A stretch of DNA of 60,719 bases, counting the filler, from Globobulimina sp. (taxonomy: Eukaryota): assembly GCA_003354225.1 (NCBI GenBank). It is 11 parts of 11 records of this genome, joined end to end, with 100 filler letters (N's around TTAATTAATTAA, not from the genome) between each part and the next. Parts side by side here need not be neighbours in the genome. Positions count along the whole stretch, not along the records: positions 11,075 to 16,508 come from PIVH01000575.1; positions 16,609 to 22,040 come from PIVH01000576.1; 9 more parts are not named here. One strand, 5' to 3'. Both the position numbers and the translations under genes were made by a program. A model generated the notes under the pieces. That model searched no databases. It was not told the DNA's origin and was given only the letters and a program-made list of their open reading frames with translations. Positions 12,893-22,140 of the stretch are shown here, piece after piece. The first letter of the stretch is position 1. Each line of letters begins with the position of its first letter.

Positions 12893-14562
12893 TTACATTG
12901 CATCATTATTATTGGTTGATCCATAATTGGCATAATCAGAAACACAATATTTTATTCTCGTTTTTGATTCACGCAATGCGATTTTCCAATTAATAAAACA
13001 TCCTAAAATCACAATTAACGAAATTGCAGCCAAAACAAAACCCAGTGATGTAGCTCCCCATAGTGCAAACAGTCCATATTCCAAATCCATTCTTAGATCC
13101 ACTCCAAATAACAATATCAATGTGATTGAAAATGCAATACAACAATGACAAACTACCACAACATATGCAACATATCTTTGGTATCCTAATCCGCGATAAA
13201 TCCCTGCCACATTGATATAAATCATATATACAAATCCTCGAACTGTTAAAAAATATATCACTTTACTGCATAAATCAGCAATTTCCGTCACATTTGTAAA
13301 TAAATATGGCAATACAGTCCTTAGTGATAAAGTCAATGTTATGAATAAAGCACTCCATATTGCAACCAATACAAATCCACACAAAACTGCTCTCTTCGCG
13401 TATTCAATGGAACCAAATCCAATATATACCCCAACACGAATCGTGATGGCTTCATATAATCCTTCAGTTACCTCTGCAAACAATACATTGATTGAGCCAA
13501 CAATAATCGTTGTGCTTAGAGCTATATTTGGATTGCTTATATATCCCGATAAAATAGCTAACATTTCAAAGAGCCACCAAGGCAGCGCATCCATGAAAAA
13601 CCCAGGAAGTGACAATGATACATATTCATACAACCCTCGATAGTTTACAACTGTATTAAATGGCAATGGTTTGAATATGTACCCATAGCCATTCTTAATT
13701 AAAACATATAGCATTCCTATGCAAGCAATGAAGGCGCAGATATCAATCGATATTGCAGTGCCAAGATAGCCCAATTCACAGTAATATACAAAAAAGAAAT
13801 TCAATGGAATTGATGAGAAGCCACCAATAATATTACAGTAAAATAATGCTGTATTAAAATGTAACGCTCTGCCAATCTGTTAATGAGTGTTAAAATGAAT
13901 TATGTGGTTAAGAAATGTTTTAACTTTTAGGCAAATAAGTTGAGCAATAATACCCCATAAATATACAATTAATACACGGCAATATGTAGAAATAATAGGG
14001 AATAGTTCTTCTGGTTGACCTGCAAAAAATGTCAGAGCCATATACCAAACTTAAATGTTTCTATCTGACAATATGACGGTGTATTGTTGTTTTGGAATAT
14101 GGCTCTGGCATTTTTAGTAGATGTGGTACCAATTTTTATCATAATAAAGCCACCAAAGAATTGAATAATGGATAGAACGATTAATAACAATGCGTTGATA
14201 AATATACATCGTTGCACATAAATACCAATTTTTGATTTTTGATTGGCACCAATTGCTTGCGGTAACAATGTCATGAGTCCAGATGACATTCCCCAAGCAA
14301 TGGATGTCCCAGTAATCATTGTAAAGGTTCTAGCAAGTCCAGCTCCGGCAATGTATGGTGCTGCGTTTGCTAAATGGCCAATAAACATATTGCCAACAGC
14401 AAACGGCAATATTTGACCAACATTCTGAAGAGCAATGGTTACAAACATATGCAGAATTATCTTTATTTCTTCTGTATTTGATGAGGCGAATACAAATGCA
14501 CCATTTCCCTCTGTTGCTGATATTTCTGGCTCATTTTCTGTCAGTTTACTGCAGTTGGTCAT
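12893..14562 (-). CDS. MATE-family efflux transporter, 3 exons
   Basis: MFIGHL, WGMSSGLMTLLPQAIGA, YVQRC, SLPG...WWLFE, IRVGVYIG; two short introns between the ORFs. Confidence 0.9.
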
Positions 14563-15222
14563 TGTAATTAAGTCAGAGCTGATCAGAGCTAGGTTTTTAG
14601 TATGACAGCAAGTATGACAGCATGACAACTAGCTATAGGTAAAAGCAATCGAAGCACACATACAAATGATAGGAAGCCATAATATATTCTATTTCTTCTA
14701 TATTCTATTCGAATTCCATAGAGAGTAAATTATTGCAACGAAGTTAAGACAAATTACTAGTATCAATTGCAAATTATGAATTATGTGACACAGTAATTCA
14801 AATTGAGCGTTCATAGAAATATGATCGAGCGCGACTGGAAACGTAAGTAAGTATCAGTGGATGAAATGTCGCAGGCTGTGGATTGGCAAGAAATGGTTGA
14901 TGCTGAAAATAATCAGGAAACAGATGAAATTGTGCTTGGAAAAAAAATTATAATGTAAGATTCTTATACTTTTATTTCATTCAATTATACTTTTTATACA
15001 GTTCACGTTTGTTGGAAATGCAATGGAAAAATCCGAGCCATTAATTTTTTATTTGAAATGAACCATTGATATCAACTTCATATTGTATAAAATTATAAAT
15101 AAATATTATATAATTATGTTACTCTTCCCATCATCGTAACTAATTGATAGAAAAAGCAGTAACATATACAACACAGTGCAACACACATAAAAAAAGAAAA
15201 ATAAAATTGCTAATATTAATAT

Positions 15223-16127
15223 TCACGCGCTTAAATTAGCTATTTGCGTATCAATACTATTTATCTCATTGGTAATTGCCTCTATTCTTTGTTGAATTGC
15301 GTTTGCCTGATCAACGAGAGCATTTTTATTAGATTTCAATCCATCAATAGGCGACCTTATATTATCACATATAAATCTATTTTGCGGGATACAATCTATA
15401 AATTGCAACAATTTCTCCGTATAATTATCCAAACCGATGGGAATCACAGCAACATCTTCATTTACTCCATTACATAATGCCGATACATCATCTTTCATTT
15501 GTTGCGTTTTATTCGCAGCTTTAAATTGGAATTCAGCAATACCTTTATCGATACGGGTTAACACAACAATTAAATGACTCCAGAATGCAGTATCAAACAC
15601 ACTGTCGGGAATTCTTTTTCTTCCGTCAAAATCTGATCACATAAGTCGGGAATTTCTGCTTCCACACAACTTAATTCATACGTTATTATTCGTTGTCTCT
15701 CCGCTGATTTCTCATTCTTTAATGCGTTCAAAGATATAATTTGTGATTGTCTCAATTGCCTCTCGTGTTCTTGTTGCTGTTGTCTTAATTGTCTGTCATA
15801 TCTCTCTTGTTCTGCTCTTCGAACTGCTTCAATCCTTTGCCGTTCTTGTTCTTTTCGTCTCCTTTCCTCTTCTTCTCGTCTGCGTTTTGCTTCTTGTTGT
15901 GTTAACCAATTTGAGATCCATGCTCTTGCTGCCCTTTTCGCCGCAGGATCTGAGACATGATAACTATGATCACTTGTTTCTTCAAATATAGCACCTGAAT
16001 TATAATGGGTTACTCTCGAATGACGCATATTAGATTCGAACCAGCCTCTTGTTTCATGCCATGTTTCTAATAAACAAGATTGGCCACATATTTTAATCTG
16101 CTCATTTCTGTAGTATTCTCTTCCCAT
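15223..16127 (-). pseudogene. Coiled-coil protein joined out of frame to the C-terminal half of an AIG1/GIMAP-like GTPase
   Basis: Second ORF FDTAFWSHLIVVLTRID resembles the G4 region; no P-loop; frame change near 15600 without a usable intron. Confidence 0.45.
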
Positions 16128-16608
16128 TGTTTAGCTGTAAGATTGAGTTGTGAGTGAGGGTGGAAATGCAAAGGAAAATTGAGTAGTGAGTACCTAGCTA
16201 GGTTTATCTGAACATTTTAACGATATAGATATTTAGTGCTGACTCATCGTTTGCCGTTTGGTTATTTTACAGGATGGACGTTCATTTAGGGCACATTGCG
16301 ATATTTGGTGGAATTGTTGTAAATTTGCCAATGGGACTTACCTACGTGTTTGTCATACTTGAGCATGTAAATGAAGTTTGTTAAATAATAGAATTTGGAA
16401 GGAAAATAGGTTAATAATAAAATGTTAAAGGTAACATTTAACTTTTTGCTTTTCAGTTTGAAATTACTGTTTTTTACTGAAACTCTTTGAATTTACAGTT
16501 TTTTACAGNNNNNNNNNNNNNNNNNNNNNNNNNNNNNNNNNNNNNNNNNNNNTTAATTAATTAANNNNNNNNNNNNNNNNNNNNNNNNNNNNNNNNNNNN
16601 NNNNNNNN

Positions 16609-18126
16609 ATCGCTGTAATTGATTCCGTTGTCAGCCCTTGGTTGCGAAAAGGATCCGAGGAAATTTTTGGCTTCCAAGTACATTTGTGTCTTTTTCCTGG
16701 TCGTGGGGTTATATGGAATTCTGGGAAACGAATCTGTTCCAGAAACGAGACGTATATCTGTCAAATATGTGTGACTTATAAGCCACGGAGTGGTCAAGTA
16801 CGTTCCGATTCGTCGATCTGTAGATACAACAAACAAGAAGACGGTAGAAGGCAGGAAATTGTCATTAAATATGGTTTCCCTTATCGTTTGTACACCGATT
16901 TGCTTGGAAAATTCGTAGCCTACAATAAATCAAAATTTTCTAACAGAATTTGGCACAATTCCCACTAAATGTGGCCCACAGAAAATTCTGACTAAATTTG
17001 AACCATAAAATTTCAAACTTACTTTTAAGCCATTTAACCGGATAAGCGGCCGGCGATTTTTGTACCGCCTCCATTATGGACAAATGAAGTCCAGTATTCA
17101 ATCTGATTTTGCGATAGGACATAGTGATTTGGTCTAAAAATTATATAATTAGCCAAAAAATTATAGAAACGGTCAATTTACTGATAACAATTTTCTGATT
17201 TCTTTGTTCCACCGGTACTATGTCACTTCTGACCAAAAATTTTGCGACGGACGGATGCAAAGTAAACGACATGTCCACCAAAGGAAGTAGAAGTCGATTT
17301 TGATTAGTTATGGGGCTGACGATTCTACAAATCATGTCAAAATCGATCGATAGTTGGCTTTCATTGCGTCTGGCTTTGAAACCTGAAAATATACCTAGTA
17401 TAAAACAGATGCAAAAACCATCATTTCAAATAATAAAAATAAAATAGTTCTGGTGAGGATCGAACTCACTTCTTTAAACGCACTACGTTCAACGCACTAC
17501 CGGTAGTGCTACAGAACTACAGAGTTAAAAAGCAAAAACTTTGGCTTTTATAGTAGCAATCACACTTTTTCAACTTAATTTCGAAGAATATACATACCCA
17601 GATTTTCGTCAGTGGCCAAATCGAATTTTGCCATAGTATCCCGCCAAATGAAGGAAACAAAGTTGTACTGACCACCATATTCGGTTGATTTTCTGAAAAC
17701 GTTGTCCAAATAGGCGACATACGGATATGTATCAGCATTGGAAGTGACAGAAGTGGAATTTCCGACTACAACATTCACTCAACTGAACATACTCATGGCA
17801 AAATTGGCAATAGGTGCGCAGGGGGCATTTTGATCTGCGATTTGACTTCCATCTCCATTTACTACTTTGGCATTAATATGCAATCTAATACTGGATGGGT
17901 CGAGAAATCGTTCCACATCGCCTTTGATATTGAAAATGATATCGGATCCTTCAGTGTAAATGCCTGTGGGTAATATTGATTCATCATTTATTTCTTGGAT
18001 TTGTACTTGAAGTTCCTTTTTAAGGAAAAGGTTTAGTTCAGGCAAATCTACTACCGGTTGAAGTCCCAGTTGACTTGATGTATCAATGGGAGTGCCAGAA
18101 TGACGCTTTTTACCTTTAGGGGCCAT
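16609..18126 (-). CDS. Maverick/adintovirus major capsid protein (PY/hexon-like), exons 18126-17598, 17382-17182, 17133-17023, 16919-16609 (384 codons, 3'-partial), one in-frame TGA at 17779-17781
   Basis: ELNLF, IIFNIKG, FLDPSSIRL, NFAMSMFS, TYPYVAYL, WRDT, NQNRLLL, AAYPV, LPSTVFLFVV and DNGINYSD follow the Maverick MCP motif series in order after splicing. Confidence 0.85.
16920..17022 (-). other. Predicted spliceosomal intron 3 of the capsid gene (103 nt, phase 1)
   Basis: Donor A|GTAAGT, acceptor TTGTAG|GC; joins YPVKWLK-S-YEFSKQ in frame with ORF 16561-16836. Confidence 0.82.
17134..17181 (-). other. Predicted spliceosomal intron 2 of the capsid gene (48 nt, phase 1)
   Basis: Donor A|GTAAAT, branch-like GCTAAT, acceptor TTTTTAG|AC; removes an in-frame TAA; gives KIVINQITMSYRKIRL. 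Confidence 0.78.
17445..17518 (-). ncRNA. tRNA-like Pol III ncRNA nested in capsid intron 1
   Basis: AGTTCTG/CAGAACT 7-bp acceptor stem, GCAC/GTGC D-stem with GG loop, TTGAAC/GTTTAA stem with loop GTAGTGC, GTGAG-TTCGATC-CTCAC T-arm, then A and TTTT. Confidence 0.75.
17546..17552 (-). promoter_or_regulatory. TATA box (TATAAAA) at -34 to -28 of the tRNA-like RNA
   Basis: Position matches upstream TATA elements of TATA-assisted Pol III genes. Confidence 0.55.
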
Positions 18127-18566
18127 TATGTAAACAGTTTCAAAAGGTTGGTCAAAGCTTGGACTTTTTTGGTAGGCTTTTTCTGAGCAACTTTCTTTCC
18201 ACCAACTGTCTTTGGATTGATTTTCTTTTTATTACCAGCTTTATTGACAGGTTTTTTGGCTTTACTATTTTTGCCAGAAATGATGGGGATCGCTTTTTTC
18301 TTAGTTTTCGGTTTAGGAGGGGGATCCGGAGATTCTGGGGAATCGGAAGGTTCAGGGAAGGTCAAGGTTTGTACATCAGACGAAGAACAATGTCCTCCTG
18401 TCGGCAAGGGGTTGTCAAAACCGTGGCTATATTGCCAGTAGAGATTTTGGGGACCAACTGATTGGGGTGGACCAGAAAGCAGGTTACTGAACTTCTTGGC
18501 GAACTGTTGCTGGATAGTTTCGCCTGGCAATTCCGTTTGAAAGTTGTTAGACGAGTAAGTAGCCAT
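18126..18566 (-). CDS. Small Lys/Pro-rich basic protein between the capsid genes (putative DNA-binding core protein)
   Basis: 146 aa, histone-H1-like K-rich C-half; stop overlaps the MCP start (TAATG). Confidence 0.65.
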   Translation of the reverse strand: MATYSSNNFQTELPGETIQQQFAKKFSNLLSGPPQSVGPQNLYWQYSHGFDNPLPTGGHCSSSDVQTLTFPEPSDSPESPDPPPKPKTKKKAIPIISGKNSKAKKPVNKAGNKKKINPKTVGGKKVAQKKPTKKVQALTNLLKLFT

Positions 18567-18595
18567 AGCGACCGATTATCGATTGATGATTCACA

Positions 18596-19345
18596 CTAAA
18601 TGACACGCCTTTTCAATGTCATCTCTATTGCGCAATAGCTATGATTCATAAAGCGTGGGCGTGTTGCGAAATCGTTTCCAAACAGTTTTATAGGTATACG
18701 ATCGAAATGATTGACAGCAAGTTCCGTCCACCGTTCACTACCTTCGAAGGTCCATGATACGAATCTGCTGTAGGTGGTTTGTTTGGGATCAAATTGCAGC
18801 ACACGCAAAATGGGTAAAGCCCCAACAGGTGTCCACTGTGGTTTGACCAAATCGGACGAAATATACATGGGGGTCACTTTATCGTACATATCCGGCAAAA
18901 GTTTGGCCAGACTAGTTACATTGTATATCGAAGGGGCCGGTTCGAAACCAAGTATACTGGCCAAAGCTGGCGAAAATTTGACCCTGACATTGCCCGTTAG
19001 TGTCAGTTTTATTTTTCGGGTACTTTCCTGCAAACTAAGATTAACAGAAGTCGGTGTTCTGCCATTCAAGTAAGACGTTATCGCTGAAGGAATATCACAG
19101 TTTTTGGGTTCGCAATAAACGGGTCGAAAATCGGCTTCCGTAGGCCTTTTGTAATAAAGAATACAGTTTTGGTCCACATTTTCGATATTGCACTCCAAAG
19201 TAACCGATTTTATTGCGACTTGATAAGGACCAGTCAAAGACAAAGTGCCAGGCAATTTTGCTTCGAATTCGCCATTTCGCCATGATTCAGGTTCGCGGGC
19301 CATTTTTGTAGAAATAAATAAAGTAAAACTTCCATCGTCAGCCAT
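18596..19345 (-). CDS. Maverick/adintovirus minor capsid protein (penton-like)
   Basis: FTLFIS...FEAKLPGTLSLTGPYQVAIKSV; MYISSDLVKPQ...LPILRV; C-terminal MTLKRR; 8-nt overlap with the integrase stop. Confidence 0.85.
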   Translation of the reverse strand: MADDGSFTLFISTKMAREPESWRNGEFEAKLPGTLSLTGPYQVAIKSVTLECNIENVDQNCILYYKRPTEADFRPVYCEPKNCDIPSAITSYLNGRTPTSVNLSLQESTRKIKLTLTGNVRVKFSPALASILGFEPAPSIYNVTSLAKLLPDMYDKVTPMYISSDLVKPQWTPVGALPILRVLQFDPKQTTYSRFVSWTFEGSERWTELAVNHFDRIPIKLFGNDFATRPRFMNHSYCAIEMTLKRRVI

Positions 19346-20465
19346 TTCTTTTGGACAAGGGTAATTTCAATTTTTCATAAGTCGATTGATCCAACCATCT
19401 ACGAAAGTTCTTGCTGTGACCAATAAAATCGACCAAATATTCCTTTTGACCGTTTGCCAAAGTACGTTGATCGATAGTTTTATCGATGACCCTGAATTTT
19501 TCAAAGTCAGGTTCACTTGCTATTAAGTCCCGTTCATGAAAATATCCTCTTACTCGATCTCCCGCTGTGTCAACGATTTCATATGTTACAGGATAGGTTT
19601 GGCGTTGGGCGCTGATTCTATAGACAGCAGAACTGAAACCAGGCAAACTTTTCTTGTAAAATGGTGACTTTTCTGTCACATGAATTCTGACAAAGGATCC
19701 CACTGGAAATTTGGGGTTCTGAACAGCCATAGTTTTGTCCTTTAAATATTTGGCGTAACGCATATTGAATACCAGTCCTGCATTTTTCAGTTCACTCGCT
19801 TCTTCCGGACTTAGTTTGGTCACTGTATTCGGGGTTTGGTTTATAGAAGTTAGAATTTTCGGTAAAATAGTAGAAACGTCGGCCGATCTGCCCATATGGG
19901 TACTGTACTTGTTCAATTTAGCCCTAATTCGTGAAATTGCCTTTTCACTTAAAAAAGCTTTTTGAAATCGACCGTGTGTGACAGAATGTTTTGTGTCAAG
20001 ACCTTTTGCCAGCGTTTTGTATTCTGTTCCCATATCTGTTCTAATTGTCAGAGGGGTAATGCCCGAATTCTGGTCCTTTATGATCTTTTTCAGTGTATCC
20101 ACAGTAGTTTTGGCCTTTAAATTTCGTTGACATTTGGCTAACACTTTTCCGGTAAATTGATCTACGCATACTTGCATGTATTTCAATTTACTATGTTTAA
20201 ATTGCCCACTATCGCATTGCCAGTTAAGATTTTTGTTGGTGACCACAAATCTGGGGTATTGCGTATTTTTGAATTTAGGTTTTCTCGGTCTTAAATGGCG
20301 TAAATAGACGTTCTGGTTCAATAAAAATCGCCTGACTTCTTTCATCGATACAGTGGGATTGAATTTTTTGGCTGCCAGATATAGAACATTTATTCCGGAA
20401 TAACTTCCTGGCTGGTCCAAATCGAAATACAGTTTTTTCAACAAATTTTCGTTAGGTGAAGCCAT
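19338..20465 (-). CDS. Maverick-type retroviral-like (rve) integrase with C-terminal chromodomain-like region
   Basis: LYFDLDQPGSYSG; DDE triad in WQCD / RTDMGTEY / KAFLSEK; PKFPVGSFVRI; PVTYEIVD...GYFHERDL; KEYLVDFIGH...RRWL. Confidence 0.93.
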   Translation of the reverse strand: MASPNENLLKKLYFDLDQPGSYSGINVLYLAAKKFNPTVSMKEVRRFLLNQNVYLRHLRPRKPKFKNTQYPRFVVTNKNLNWQCDSGQFKHSKLKYMQVCVDQFTGKVLAKCQRNLKAKTTVDTLKKIIKDQNSGITPLTIRTDMGTEYKTLAKGLDTKHSVTHGRFQKAFLSEKAISRIRAKLNKYSTHMGRSADVSTILPKILTSINQTPNTVTKLSPEEASELKNAGLVFNMRYAKYLKDKTMAVQNPKFPVGSFVRIHVTEKSPFYKKSLPGFSSAVYRISAQRQTYPVTYEIVDTAGDRVRGYFHERDLIASEPDFEKFRVIDKTIDQRTLANGQKEYLVDFIGHSKNFRRWLDQSTYEKLKLPLSKRNG

Positions 20466-20820
20466 TTTTTACAAATCAACAACAAAACACAACCTACTTC
20501 ACTACACGACAAGTGGGTATTATGACCGAACATGTTATATTGGTGCCAAATTTAAATAACATTTATTTTTTCAAAAAATCGAAAATCACAACAAAACCTA
20601 ATGCATGGTTAATTTAATTCGATCAGTTATTAAAAAAGTCCAGTCAAATGCTATGCAGTGTAGTGTATCGATTTGGAAGGGAGCCAACCAGGAGCCTAAT
20701 ACACCCACACACATTGCGCAACTGCAATTCTTGTGTCATAGGCGATGAATCTCGACACGAAATTACTTACTGCAATCCTACGAAATCTTGTATTACGTCA
20801 TACAGTTGTGTGTTTTCAAT

Positions 20821-21270
20821 ATGGCAGGTAATCTAATGTTTTACAAATCCCTTGAAGAAGTGCTTCCCCTGAACGATGTTATCAAAGAAAATTGCTTCGG
20901 TTGCAGTGTCAACCATCCAAGTCAGAAACAACACGATCTTTGTTTAATGAGTGGTTATGGTACAAAAGTAAGATTATGTTACCAAGAAGCTTTGAACCGA
21001 GTTCCTAGAAATATATTGATGGAAAACCTTATGAATCGAATCAAAAATTCCGACAAAGATTTCAAGGACATTTTCGAACAACTTTTCTTCGAATCCGATC
21101 CATTGGAACGAATCAAGTACGATGGGGAAATGCAACTTGAATTTGTATGTCTTCTATTGCACAAGGAAATGCCCTATCAAATCAATGGTTCAGACAGAGG
21201 TAAAATCTATGCCATTTGCGAGCAATATGACCACGATCAAGACCAGATAAAAGTGAATTTGACCAAATAA
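20821..21270 (+). CDS. Accessory protein with CxxC-x3-HPSQ-x2-H-x2-C putative Zn-binding motif
   Basis: ATG 20821; CFGCSVNHPSQKQHDLC; AATAAA overlapping the stop (21266-21271). Confidence 0.7.
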   Translation: MAGNLMFYKSLEEVLPLNDVIKENCFGCSVNHPSQKQHDLCLMSGYGTKVRLCYQEALNRVPRNILMENLMNRIKNSDKDFKDIFEQLFFESDPLERIKYDGEMQLEFVCLLLHKEMPYQINGSDRGKIYAICEQYDHDQDQIKVNLTK

Positions 21271-21403
21271 ATATTGTTTATTGGCTTTCATGGGTTTCGT
21301 CAAATAAAATATATTATTCTTAAGACACTTAAGACACACGATGTCAAATCAGGCCCATACGATTATTATTATTTTATTATTACGTCATAAAAATACAAAT
21401 CGA

Positions 21404-21880
21404 TCACTTTTCTTTTATCACGTGTGCCCATGTACCGTTATTTTGTATCCAGTCAGTCAATCGAGAATCAATATAGACTGCGAGCCAATCGCAAACGTTT
21501 CCAATTACTTGAGGTATGGCCTTTTCCAAACAATGGATTGAAAGTTTGCCGCAAAAGGCGAACAATACATAGATTTTAGCCCAATCCGAGCCACTGTCAA
21601 ATAATCTAGTATTAACCAGGTCCATAAATTCAGGAAAAGCGGTTTGTGGGGAAATTTTTAATTCAGATATCATATCAAATATCAACCCGTCCATGGTCAA
21701 TTCCTTTTCTGTGCATTTCATTCTCAAAATATAATCAACGGATTCGGGTTCAGGTAATTCTGGGCAATCTTCGAAATCGAATTCCTCTATTGAAAGTCTC
21801 CATTTAATATATTGCAAGGATGTAATACTGAGAAAAGCTTCGGGTAAATCGCCATCGAAATCAGGTACTAACGAAGCCAT
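21404..21880 (-). CDS. Bcl-2 family protein (vBcl-2-like), 158 aa, no C-terminal TM anchor
   Basis: BH4-like YIKWRL...CPELPEP; BH3-like LRMKCTEKE; BH1 LFDSGSDWAKIYVLFAFCGKL; BH2 WIQNNGTW. Confidence 0.88.
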   Translation of the reverse strand: MASLVPDFDGDLPEAFLSITSLQYIKWRLSIEEFDFEDCPELPEPESVDYILRMKCTEKELTMDGLIFDMISELKISPQTAFPEFMDLVNTRLFDSGSDWAKIYVLFAFCGKLSIHCLEKAIPQVIGNVCDWLAVYIDSRLTDWIQNNGTWAHVIKEK

Positions 21881-22140
21881 ATTTGATATCAAACAGATAT
21901 CTATAACGTTCAACAAGTGGTACTGAATCAAAAAATAATTACTATTTCTTCACTTACTTTTCTTAAATCGATCAATCAGCGACGAGCAGACAGTCTTAGG
22001 ACATTACGTAATCGATTTCGTAATATATTATAATAGACGCNNNNNNNNNNNNNNNNNNNNNNNNNNNNNNNNNNNNNNNNNNNNTTAATTAATTAANNNN
22101 NNNNNNNNNNNNNNNNNNNNNNNNNNNNNNNNNNNNNNNN

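Larger units (their letters stand above)
17383..17597 (-). other. Predicted spliceosomal intron 1 of the capsid gene (215 nt, phase 1)
   Basis: Donor G|GTATGT, acceptor TTTTCAG|GT; spliced ENLG-FKARR keeps frame and motif spacing. Confidence 0.8.
16609..22040. mobile_element. Maverick/Polinton (adintovirus-type) element fragment
   Basis: Co-oriented, tightly packed integrase, minor capsid, basic protein and major capsid genes in Maverick-like order; overlapping stop/start junctions; pPolB, ATPase, protease and TIRs are not on this contig. Confidence 0.92.

Noticed and set aside
17480-17486. Intronic tRNA-like RNA as a UGA suppressor for the capsid stop
   Set aside because: The loop is GTAGTGC with no TCA anticodon
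17388-17593. GTATATT direct repeat near both ends of capsid intron 1 as a target-site duplication
   Set aside because: Only 7 nt of AT-rich sequence overlapping splice signals, and the tRNA-like unit is not at the insert edge; kept only as a weak alternative
21960-22040. Maverick terminal inverted repeat at the contig end
   Set aside because: No AG/AGT-repeat terminus and no partner repeat in the contig
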